A DNA stretch of 64,000 bases from contig OZ059896.1 in the NCBI GenBank assembly GCA_964057225.1, positions 19,778,001 through 19,842,000 of the forward strand. The letters are read 5' to 3'. Shown here piece by piece: positions 1 to 12,000 of this stretch. The DNA is from Auanema rhodensis. Taxonomy: Eukaryota > Animalia > Nematoda. The translations under genes and the position numbers were made by a program. Under the pieces are notes generated by a model. It was not told the origin of the DNA. It did no database searches and worked only from the letters and a program-made list of their open reading frames with translations. How positions within the stretch are numbered: the first letter of the stretch is position 1; every line of letters starts with the position of its first letter.

Positions 1-3000
1 GCAAAGACGATGGACATTGTTATTCAACGAAAAAATTAATTCTTCAGGGTGAAAATCGAGGATATAAGTAAGAACATATATCAGTTGATATCTCGGTGCA
101 TTTTTAAGCTAGCGCAAATCTGATAACACAGATCGACGCAGCTTAAAAATCCGCATCGAATGCACTATACTACATTGAGAAACGCTTAATACAAAAATTA
201 GTTATGATCGTTTGAAAAATGATGCATTAGTGTATGTTGAGTTTCCATGTACACTCAACATTGCTTCCAAAAACATTTTGACAAAAATTTTTTCGAAAAA
301 TTTCAAAATAATTTAGCAAAAAGTAGATGTTTTTAGATTCCTTTTTTCAAGGCAAAGACGATGGACAATGTTATTCAACGAAAAAATTAATTCTTCAGGG
401 TGAAAATCGAGGATATAAGTGTGAACATATATCAGTTGATATCTCGGTGCATTTTTAAGCTAGCGCAAATCTGATAACACAGATCGACGCAGCTTAAAAA
501 TCCGCATCGAATGCACTATACTACATTGAGAAACGCTTAATACAAAAATTAGTTATGATCGTTTGAAAAATGATGCATTAGTGTATGTTGAGTTTCCATG
601 TACACTCAACATTGCTTCCAAAAACATTTTGACAAAAATTTTTTCGAAAAATTTCAAAATAATTTAGCAAAAAGTAGATGTTTTTAGATTCCTTTTTTCA
701 AGGCAAAGACGATGGACAATGTTATTCAACGAAAAAATTAATTCTTCAGGGTGAAAATCGAGGATATAAGTGTGAACATATATCAGTTGATATCTCGGTG
801 CATTTTTAAGCTAGCGCAAATCTGATAACACAGATCGACGCAGCTTAAAAATCCGCATCGAATGCACTATACTACATTGAGAAACGCTTAATACAAAAAT
901 TAGTTATGATCGTTTGAAAAATGATGCATTAGTGTATGTTGAGTTTCCATGTACACTCAACATTGCTTCCAAAAACATTTTGACAAAAATTTTTTCGAAA
1001 AATTTCGAAATAATTTAGCAAAAAGTAGATGTTTTTAGATTCCTTTTTTCAAGGCAAAGACGATTGACAATGTTATTCAACGAAAAAATTAATTCTTCAG
1101 GGTGAAAATCGAGGATATAAGTGTGAACATATATCAGTTGATATCTCGGTGCATTTTTAAGCTAGCGCAATTCTGATAACACAGATCGACGCAGCTTAAA
1201 AATCCGCATCGAATGCACTATACTACATTGAGAAACGCTTAATACAAAAATTAGTTATGATCGTTTGAAAAAGGATGCATTAGTGTATGTTGAGTTTCCA
1301 TGTACACTCAACATTGCTTCCAAAAACATTTTGACAAAAATTTTTTCGAAAAATTTCTAAATAATTTAGCAAAAAGTAGATGTTTTTAGATTCCTTTTTT
1401 TAAGGCAAAGACGATGGACAATGTTATTCAACGAAAAAATTAATTCTTCAGGGTGAAAATCGAGGATATAAGTGTGAACTTATATCAGTTGATATCTCGG
1501 TGCATTTTTAAGCTAGCGCAAATCTGATAACACAGATCGACGCAGCTTAAAAATCCGCATCGAATGCACTATACTACATTGAGAAACGCTTAATACAAAA
1601 ATTAGTTATGATCGTTTGAAAAATGATGCATTAGTGTATGTTGAGTTTCCATGTACACTCAACATTGCTTCCAAAAACATTTTGACAAAAATTTTTTCGA
1701 AAAATTTCGAAATAATTTAGCAAAAAGTAGATGTTTTTAGATTCCTTTTTTCAAGGCAAAGACGATTGACAATGTTATTCAACGAAAAAATTAATTCTTC
1801 AGGGTGAAAATCGAGGATATAAGTGTGAACTTATATCAGTTGATATCTCGGTGCATTTTTAAGCTAGCGCAAATCTGATAACACAGATCGACGAAGCTTA
1901 AAAATCCGCATCGAATGCACTATACTACATTGAGAAACGCTTAATACAAAAATTAGTTATGATCGTTTGAAAAAGGATGCATTAGTGTATGTTGAGTTTC
2001 CATGTACACTCAACATTGCTTCCAAAAACATTTTGACAAAAATTTTTTCGAAAAATTTCGAAATAATTTAGCAAAAAGTAGATGTTTTTAGATTCCTTTT
2101 TTCAAGGCAAAGACGATTGACAATGTTATTCAACGAAAAAATTAATTCTTCAGGGTGAAAATCGAGGATATAAGTGTGAACATATATCAGTTGATATCTC
2201 GGTGCATTTTTAAGCTAGCGCAAATCTGATAACACAGATCGACGCAGCTTAAAAATCCGCATCAAATGCACTATACTACATTGAGAAACGCTTAATACAA
2301 AAATTAGTTATGATCGTTTGAAAAATGATGCATTAGTGTATGTTGAGTTTCCATGTACACTCAACATTGCTTCCAAAAACATTTTGACAAAAATTTTTTC
2401 GAAAAATTTCAAAATAATTTAGCAAAAAGTAGATGTTTTTAGATTCCATTTTTCAAGGCAAAGACGATGGACAATGTTATTCAACGAAAAAATTAATTCT
2501 TCAGGGTGAAAATCGAGGATATAAGTGTGAACTTGTATAAGTTGATATCTCGGTGCATTTTTAAGCTAGCGCAAATCTGATAACACAGATCGACGCAGCT
2601 TAAAAATCCGCATCGAATGCACTATACTACATTGAGAAACGCTTAATACAAAAATTAGTTATGATCGTTTGAAAAAGGATGCATTAGTGTATGTTGAGTT
2701 TCCATGTACACTCAACATTGCTTCCAAAAACATTTTGACAAAAATTTTTTCGAAAAATTTCTAAATAATTTAGCAAAAAGTAGATGTTTTTAGATTCCTT
2801 TTTTTAAGGCAAAGACGATGGACAATGTTATTCAACGAAAAAATTAATTCTTCAGGGTGAAAATCGAGGATATAAGTGTGAACTTATATCAGTTGATATC
2901 TCGGTGCATTTTTAAGCTAGCGCAAATCTGATAACACAGATCGACGCAGCTTAAAAATCCGCATCGAATGCACTATACTACATTGAGAAACGCTTAATAC

Positions 3001-5237
3001 AAAAATTAGTTATGATCGTTTGAAAAATGATGCATTAGTGTATGTTGAGTTTCCATGTACACTCAACATTGCTTCCAAAAACATTTTGACAAAAATTTTT
3101 TCGAAAAATTTCGAAATAATTTAGCAAAAAGTAGATGTTTTTAGATTCCTTTTTTCAAGGCAAAGACGATTGACAATGTTATTCAACGAAAAAATTAATT
3201 CTTCAGGGTGAAAATCGAGGATATAAGTGTGAACTTATATCAGTTGATATCTCGGTGCATTTTTAAGCTAGCGCAAATCTGATAACACAGATCGACGAAG
3301 CTTAAAAATCCGCATCGAATGCACTACACTACATTGAGAAACGCTTAATACAAAAATTAGTTATGATCGTTTGAAAAATGATGCATTAGTGTATGTTGAG
3401 TTTCCATGTACACTCAACATTGCTTCCAAAAACATTTTGACAAAAATTTTTTCGAAAAATTTCAAAATAATTTAGCAAAAAGTAGATGTTTTTAGATTCC
3501 TTTTTTCAAGGCAAAGACGATGGACATTGTTATTCAACGAAAAAATTAATTCTTCAGGGTGAAAATCGAGGATATAAGTGTGAACTTATATCAGTTGATA
3601 TCTCGGTGCATTTTTAAGCTAGCGCAAATCTGATAACACAGATCGACGCAGCTTAAAAATCCGCATCGAATGCACTATACTATATTGAGAAACGCTTAAT
3701 ACAGAAATTAGTTATGATCGTTTGAAAAATGATGCATTAGTGTATGTTGAGTTTCCATGTACACTCAACATTGCTTCCAAAAACATTTTGACAAAAATTT
3801 TTTCGAAAAATTTCAAAATAATTTAGCAAAAAGTAGATGTTTTTAGATTCCTTTTTTCAAGGCAAAGACGATGGACAATGTTATTCAACGAAAAAATTAA
3901 TTCTTCAGGGTGAAAATCGAGGATATAAGTGTGAACATATATCAGTTGATATCTCGGTGCATTTTTAAGCTAGCGCAAATCTGATAACACAGATCGACGC
4001 AGCTTAAAAATCCGCATCGAATGCACTATACTACATTGAGAAACGCTTAATACAAAAATTAGTTATGATCGTTTGAAAAATGATGCATTAGTGTATGTTG
4101 AGTTTCCATGTACACTCAACATTGCTTCCAAAAACATTTTGACAAAAATTTTTTCGAAAAATTTCAAAATAATTTAGCAAAAAGTAGATGTTTTTAGATT
4201 CCTTTTTTCAAGGCAAAGACGATGGACAATGTTATTCAACGAAAAAATTAATTCTTCAGGGTGAAAATCGAGGATATAAGTGTGAACATATATCAGTTGA
4301 TATCTCGGTGCATTTTTAAGCTAGCGCAAATCTGATAACACAGATCGACGCAGCTTAAAAATCCGCATCGAATGCACTATACTACATTGAGAAACGCTTA
4401 ATACAAAAATTAGTTATGATCGTTTGAAAAATGATGCATTAGTGTATGTTGAGTTTCCATGTACACTCAACATTGCTTCCAAAAACATTTTGACAAAAAT
4501 TTTTTCGAAAAATTTCAAAATAATTTAGCAAAAAGTAGATGTTTTTAGATTCCTTTTTTCAAGGCAAAGACGATGGACAATGTTATTCAACGAAAAAATT
4601 AATTCTTCAGGGTGAAAATCGAGGATATAAGTGTGAACATATATCAGTTGATATCTCGGTGCATTTTTAAGCTAGCGCAAATCTGATAACACAGATCGAC
4701 GCAGCTTAAAAATCCGCATCGAATGCACTATACTACATTGAGAAACGCTTAATACAAAAATTAGTTATGATCGTTTGAAAAATGATGCATTAGTGTATGT
4801 TGAGTTTCCATGTACACTCAACATTGCTTCCAAAAACATTTTGACAAAAATTTTTTCGAAAAATTTCTAAATAATTTAGCAAAAAGTAGATGTTTTTAGA
4901 TTCCTTTTTTCAAGGCAAAGACGATGGACAATGTTATTCAACGAAAAAATTAATTCTTCAGGGTGAAAATCGAGGATATAAGTGTGAACATATATCAGTT
5001 GATATCTCGGTGCATTTTTAAGCTAGCGCAAATCTGATAACACAGATCGACGCAGCTTAAAAATCCGCATCGAATGCACTATACTACATTGAGAAACGCT
5101 TAATACAAAAATTAGTTATGATCGTTTGAAAAATGATGCATTAGTGTATGTTGAGTTTCCATGTACACTCAACATTGCTTCCAAAAACATTTTGACAAAA
5201 ATTTTTTCGAAAAATTTCTAAATAATTTAGCAAAAAG
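1..5237. repeat. 351-bp tandem satellite, left arm (14 full monomers + 323 bp of a 15th)
   Basis: GCAAAGACGA recurs at 1, 352, 703, ... 3511, ... 4915 (exact 351-bp period). Monomers differ by only a few substitutions. No ORF >=60 aa. Confidence 0.99.
5234..5237 (+). other. Left target-site duplication AAAG (monomer positions 320-323)
   Basis: The satellite reads ...TTAGCAAAAAG|TAGATG. The left junction is ...CAAAAAG|TGTTAAG and the right junction is ...TAACT|AAAGTAGATG. A 5-bp AAAGT reading is also possible because T5238 is ambiguous. Confidence 0.85.
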
Positions 5238-5588
5238 TGTTAAGAAATGAGAATATTGTTAAATAGGTTGATTATAGAATATTATGAATGATATTTATAA
5301 CAACAAAATATCATTGAAAATAACATTTAGAAACGATTGGATTCAATTACGATGAAAGAAAAAGAAGATAAAATTAGTCTTCAAAAGAATGCTCCCTTGA
5401 CAACGAAACTACCGTAATCATCTTTTGCAACCAAATTCATAATTTTGGCCTAAAAATTGTATTGTTGTTTTTTCGAAATAAATTAAAGGCAGTTTGGGAT
5501 TCTGTTTTTATTTTTTTGTTTGATTATTTCTATTTTTTAATAATAAATCGTTTGCTTATTTGATCTTTTTGTTTCCTCTAATATAACT
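5238..5588 (+). repeat. 5' LTR (351 bp, TGTTA...TAACT)
   Basis: Direct repeat of 12550-12900 with no difference found by eye. Followed immediately by the PBS. Confidence 0.97.
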
Positions 5589-5603
5589 TGGGGGCCGAAC
5601 TGG
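5589..5603 (+). promoter_or_regulatory. Primer-binding site TGGGGGCCGAAC(TGG), tRNA-Pro type
   Basis: Begins with TGG directly after the LTR. TGGGGGC is the tRNA-Pro PBS signature. The continuation CGAAC fits the nematode tRNA-Pro 3' end (...GGTTCGGCCC-CCA) as recalled, rather than the vertebrate TGGGGGCTCGTCC. Confidence 0.85.
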
Positions 5604-6094
5604 TTGTTCAGTTTTTTTTTCGTATTAGTCTGGGTTAAGCGAATAGCTTATACAACCCTTAATCAAATAGATTCTGGTGGTTTAGTCACTGCTACCCAAA
5701 TCGGGTTCTGTTTATAGTTTGCCAATTTTATTTAGTCTAACTAAATAAGAAAGGAAAATTATAGATTGTTATTGGTTTCAATAGCTCATCAAAGTTTTGT
5801 ACTGTGGTTACGCATTGTATCCGAGTATATTTACGAGTTATTGGAATTAATAAGATCTGGTGCTAGTGTTTAGGTAGAAAAAATTTTTCGGAATTTTCTA
5901 CCAAAGACATCTCATCATTGTAAACAGAACTTGAGTAGTAGTAAGATTACTGAACACAGATCTATTAGATTGATACAATTTGCTTATCAGATTGTTCTGA
6001 TTATTAATTCTAAATACTAGAATTTGATCAAAAAATTCCTGCATTAGCAAAATTATTTTGTTTGTAGAGATTCGTATAGCAGTGCCTATTCGAG
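5589..6094 (+). promoter_or_regulatory. 5' untranslated leader (~500 nt) with several stem-loops; probable packaging/dimerisation region
   Basis: Lies between PBS and ATG. Contains no ATG. Inverted repeats at 5632-5659, 5728-5748, 5873-5902, 5986-6001 and 6006-6024. Confidence 0.7.
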
Positions 6095-9000
6095 ATGTCG
6101 ATTGAGAACGAAACGTTTGAAACAGAACAACTCTGTGAAATGGATTTCGAAAATGTGTTTTCTGAGGTAATCCTTAATTCATTAGTGAATCAAACATTTA
6201 AGGCTTTGGAGCCTTATAATGAAATGATATATAAAGAGTTCCTTGAAAAAATCAGAAACGCTACTGAAAAAAAAAGAACTGAACAAAGAATACTAAAAAC
6301 CCGCAATTTAGTGAAAAGTAACCTAAAAAGCGAGATTAGAAAAGGAAAAACTTGGGAATTTGTTTATTCAATGCTATTAGTGATGAACAACGAAGGTCTG
6401 AAAAAACCTTCAGATCTTAGTGATGTTTTAAAGATCAGTAAGAAACGAGCGGAAATAATTAAAGACATAACAGATAACTTCCAACTCAATGAGAATAATA
6501 TAGTGCAAGAGTTACTTGTTATTCATGAAACTGTGAAAACTTTATGTGATACTTTCGATTGTAATCTAAAAGAATTGCAACAGAGAATAAGTAACAGTTG
6601 GCAATTTCAGAAATCAAGCTTGAATCAAGAAGATACTGAAACAGCCATGGCAGAAATGATTTTGGATGAGCGAACTAGAGGTAATTCTGTTGAGAGTGCT
6701 GAACTCAAAACAAAAATTAAGGAGCGAACAGTGAGAACACACTCCAAGGAAATAGTGGAAATGGAACCAAATCAACAGGACCAACACTATCCATACAACT
6801 TCAGGGGTACGTCACCTTTACATTATGCTGGATTAAATGCGCAAAACGACGCGTTGTTAGAGATGATAAGAGCACAAATGTTACCTGATGTTCCTTATTT
6901 TTCTAACGACTCGTTGGAAAAATGGAATCAGTTCATTGAAAGTTTCAATCTCAAGTATCCAAAAGGTACTCTGACGGCCAGTAGTCGGAAGATGCTGTTC
7001 GTTGATAAGCTAAAAGGAGAAGCACGAGACAGATACGACGAACTGCCAGAAACAATTAGAGAGAGTTCGTTAGAAGTTATCATCGAAGAACTTCATAAAC
7101 AGAGAGTGTGTGTTAAACGAACGAGCAGATTAGATGCTATTTCTTCGCTCAAAACTTTACAGTACAATAGTAACAAAACACTGATTGTTTTCTGTAAAAA
7201 ACTGGAAGAGACCTCAAGAAAAGCGTACCCAGAATTTCCTACAAGGAAATTATCGTTTTTAAGAGCCCAGATGCTCTATGAAGCACTCAGAGATTGTTCA
7301 TGCGCTATTCATCTATTAGAAACCATAGAGAAAAGCGAAGAAGATTTGGTCTATGAAAAAGTTAAAGAGATAGCGTTACGCTGCGAAAGAAATAAACGTG
7401 TTTATGATGAACAGCGAGAGAAAGGGAGAAATTCAAACAGAATTTTACCTAAGCTCAGATATGAAAAAAACCATATCGATACGAATAATTATTACACAAA
7501 TGATCGGAATAGGTACGTGGGCGGAATTAGAGAACCTCCAAGTAGGAGAGAAATAATTTGCTACATATGTAACAAAAAAGGCCATTCAGCAGCACAATGC
7601 TTTGAGAGGAAGAAACCTTCCAACAACTATCCTAAACGAATAGAGAATGTTGAAAAGCATTATGAGCCCGGAATGAGAAATCAAGCAGAAGTTTGGAATA
7701 AAACTATTCAAACATGCAATTCCATAACCAATTCAGAGTTAATTGGCGAACAAAGTTTATTATCTATGATAATTTGTGAGAAATCCAAAAAAAGAGTCCT
7801 TATCGATACAGGATCCCAAATATCGGTGATGTCATCACAAGCACTGGTAAATTTGATGAGTGACGGGGTTGATCTGGATCGATCGGTTACTCAAATACCG
7901 TGGAAAGGTGATAAATATATTGCCAATGCTTCGGGCACAAAAATGAATTTTGTAGGAGCAATAAGTTGCAAAGTTACGTGTTTAGAAAGCAAGAAAACTA
8001 GTAATGTAAGCTTTTTAGTACAAAAAAGTAGAGAAGAATCTATTTTGTTAGGAACAAATGCCTTAGAAAATTTGGGTATAATTTTGAAATTTTATACAAA
8101 AGAGGCCGTAGCCTTACAGAGAGTTTTTATACCTGCGAATAAAAGTAGAACGCTAAAAATTTCGTGTGATGAACAGAAAGATAGTTTACTAGTGTCGCAT
8201 AGGCATGATGTACTTACGGGAATCTGTAAAGTGGACAACAATAATTCCACTACAGTAATCGTTGCTAACATGACATGCCAGCCAACCACAATAAAGAAAG
8301 GAGAGATTGTCGGTGAATGGGAGTCCGAGAATTGGACTGAAAAGCTGACTGCACTGAATGACGAATTGAAAACCGAATCAATTGATGTGTTAGAAATGCG
8401 TATGTTAGATCAATACGCTAAACCAACAGATCCGGTTGGAAGAGCAGAAAAAGTCATTGCAGTCTTAGAAGAGAAAAGTGGTGTAACCTTTGAGCCAAAG
8501 GTCAAAGACCTTTTAGAAAATTATTCAGCGATATTTGCGTTGGTTGATGCTGATCTGCAGCAAACAAATATTGTCACTATGAATATTGATACGGGAGATG
8601 CGAGTCCTATTCGTCAAAAAGTACGACCAGTGCCGTTTGGTATAAAAAATGAGTTTAGAGGTATTATAAAAGACCTATTACAAAGAGGGATTATAGAACC
8701 TAGCCAAAGCGCATGGGCAAGCCCTGTAGTCTTAGTAGAGAAAAAAGACAAATCTATCAGACTCTGTATAGATTATAGAGAACTGAATAAGGTCTTAAAA
8801 CTAGATGCTTATCCAATACCAACGATAGATATCATTCTTAGATCGATGAACGGGAAGAAAATATTTTCCACATTTGATCTATCGTCGGGGTTTTGGCAAA
8901 TAAAACTTTCCGAAGAAGATAAAGAAAAAACATCTTTCGTGACCAGCGAAGGATCTTTTCAATTTGTAGTATGTCCTTTTGGCTTAGCAACTAGTCCACC

Positions 9001-12000
9001 AACATTCCAAAGAATGATGGACAAAGCTCTGGGAGATTTACTCAAAAGCAATGAAGTTTTTGTTTATATAGACGATATAATGATCGCAACAGATACTTTT
9101 GAAAGACATTTTGAAGTTATGAAGAATGTTTTTGAAGCGTTGAAACAAGCAAATTTATCGTTGAAAGCGGTTAAATGTAAACTTTTACAAAACGAAGTGG
9201 ATTATTTGGGCCACAAAGTAAACGGAAAAGGTATTCACGCCGATCCAAATAAAATTGAGGCAATTTTAAAGTATCCCTTACCAAATACAATTGCTGAATT
9301 AAGAACATTCTTGGGAATGGCGTCGTATTACAGAAAATTTGTGCTAAATTTTGCAGCAATTGCTAAACCAATGCACGAAATGACAAGTGAAAAAAGTAAA
9401 TGGGAATGGACCCGAGAGAGAAAAGATGCTTTTGAAATTCTAAAGAAAAAGCTTACTCAAGCTCCTGTACTAATACAGCCTGACTGGGAAGGTGCAAATA
9501 GCGGTAAAAACCCATATATTATATACACTGATGCGTGTGCATCTGGTGTAGGAGCGGTGTTATGTCAAAAAGCAAAAGATAATTTTCTACACCCGATTGC
9601 CTTTGTTTCTAAAGGTTTGTCAAAAGCGGAAAAAAATTATCATGTAACAGATTTAGAAGCTCTGGCTATTGTATTTGCGCTAGAGAAATTTCAATATTAC
9701 ATTTATAATACTGAAAAAACAGTTGTGAAAACTGATCATCAACCATTGACATGTCTGTTCAAGAAGACAGCAAGTGGGAGAATGTTGAGGTGGAGCCTCA
9801 TGGTACAGCGATACAGAATAACTATTGAATATGTCAAAGGAAAAGGAAATGTTATAGCGGACGCATTATCGCGAGGTGTTCCAGTTCAAGATAATTTTGA
9901 TCTTGAAAGTGACTCAGATATAAAATATATTTGTTCGTTACAAATGAGAGATAATATAGCTGAATTAATGATGAATGAAAATTACAAAAATATTATCAAT
10001 CTCAGAAGGGATGAAAAACTCACAGAGAGAATTTTTTTGCCAAAACTGGCACATAAACTATTTGTCGGTGATTTTCTAATTGCAAAAGAAAACTTGTATT
10101 ATATCAACGAGAAGGGTGAGAAATTATTAGTCATTCCTCCGTCAAAAAGATATGATATATATAAAGAAGCTCATGAAGGATTATTTGGAGCACATTTTGG
10201 ACCGAAAAAAATTATACGTTCTCTGAAGAGACAATTTTTTTGGGAAGGCTTAGACTCAGATGTGAGAAAATGGCACAGTGAGTGTAAAAAGTGCTTTTTA
10301 GCAAACAATAAAACAAAAAGTAAGCCATTATTACAGCCATATCGAACAGAAAAACCTTATGAGCTAGTTGGAATTGATGTCATGGATCTAGGTAGAACCA
10401 CATCCAACAATCGTTATGTAGTAGCTGTAATAGACCATTTTAGTAAATGGTTAGGTGCATACGCAGTACCAGATAAATCTGCAGCAACAATAGCTGATAT
10501 AATAGTTAAAAAATGGATATGTGAAGGCGCCAAATGGCCTAAACAGTTCCTGTCTGATAAAGGAAGCGAATTTGTTAACAAAATAGTGGAAGAAATAAAA
10601 AAGATAACCAAGATCGAATGGATCACCACCATGGGATATAATCCTAGACAAAACGGTATAACAGAGAGAGTGAATTTAACAATTCAAAGAGCTCTGAAAA
10701 AGGCAGGAAACAGTCCGTCTGAGTGGGACAAGTTACTTCCGTTTGTAACATATGCGTATAATACAACACCACACGAAGCAACTGGTGAATCCCCGTTTTT
10801 TATTTTACATGGGTTCGAACCATATTTGGTATCTAATATTGTAGAACCAACTAAACCAAGTTTAGTAGAGTATGAATTAGATGAATATAAAGTTGATTTG
10901 TTGGAGGGATTTAGACTATCACGAAATATAGCAATAGAACGGAACGATAAAGAGCGTGAAAAATTCAAAATGTATTACGATAAGAAAAATTGTAAAAACA
11001 TACAAGAATTCAAAGTAGGAGATAGAGTATATCTGAAAATGATAAACGAAAAAAGTAAACATGTCAATAAAAAATTGATAAATTATTTGAAGGGACCATA
11101 TCGTATAATAGAGTCTTATAAGACGTCGGCATTAATCACCGAAATTTCGGGAAAAGGCGAACCTTTGAAGATACAATACGATCTTCTGATAAGAATTCCA
11201 TCTACGATAGATGATAAACCAGTTGAAACGGTTAGAAGACGCAGAGAAATCATAATTAAAAGGATACACTACAAAAATATTGGAGAGGATAGTAGTTATA
11301 GTAAAAAAATTAATTTTTATAGAAACCTCACGATAAAACCCAAAGATGCTTGTCATCCACTGTATGAATGCGATGGTCTGATACAACTACCGGATGGAAA
11401 AAGACAAATATGCTCGTTCAAAACGGTTACTTATGGAGATCTGTTGAACAATAAATGTCCTACACCGTTGAAAGGAATTAGAGTTAGGAATACCTTCAGG
11501 TTAGCTCAATTCCTACAAGTAATGAAGGATCCAAGGATTTGGATCAATGAGAAGTTGGCTCATATAAATCGTATGAACGTCCACCCTGATGTTGAGAGTA
11601 TGGCTGATGCAATAATATTACAAAAACAAAATTGTTTGCACTCTAAGATCAACTTTTCGTTATTTGAGAATTTTCACATCACCTGCGAAAACCCAGTGGA
11701 ATTCAACATGTCAAGCGATGACATTTCTAAAGCGTTTTTGATTGCGTCTGAAAAATTAAATCGTTCTGCAAAACCTTCCGATAAAGATCTTTTGTTTGTT
11801 CCAAAAAGGATGAATGCGGCAAAAGATTTCAATTTTCCTTTCGGAAATTGTATCACCTATGAAAATTTATCAAATGATGTTATTTCAAAATTGTTGACTT
11901 ATTGTAACGTACGTTATGTACTAATTGTATTACCGCTGATCTCCGAAGAAAACGAAGCAGACAAACTGATTAAACAACTGGGAAGATTAGGTTGTGCCCT

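Noticed and set aside
103-175. tRNA/Pol III-like layout: TAGCGCAAATCTG (110) and ATCGAAT (155) at roughly A-box/B-box spacing
   Set aside because: No acceptor or anticodon stem can be formed, the B-box lacks GTTC and the G-C closing pair, and the long hairpin explains the region better. tRNAscan-SE would settle it.
239-247. GTTTC core resembling the nematode piRNA upstream (Ruby) motif
   Set aside because: Only 5 nt match (GAGTTTCC vs CTGTTTCA); not supportable without small-RNA data.
1-351. Internal ~175-bp dimer structure in the monomer
   Set aside because: No convincing similarity between the two halves by eye.
5238-6060. Short LTR/leader matches to the satellite (ACATTTAGAAACG, TTTTTTCGAAA, ATCGTTTG, AACACAGATC, TTAGCAAAA), suggesting the satellite derives from the LTR
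   Set aside because: The matches are 8-13 nt, not collinear and AT-rich, so compatible with chance.
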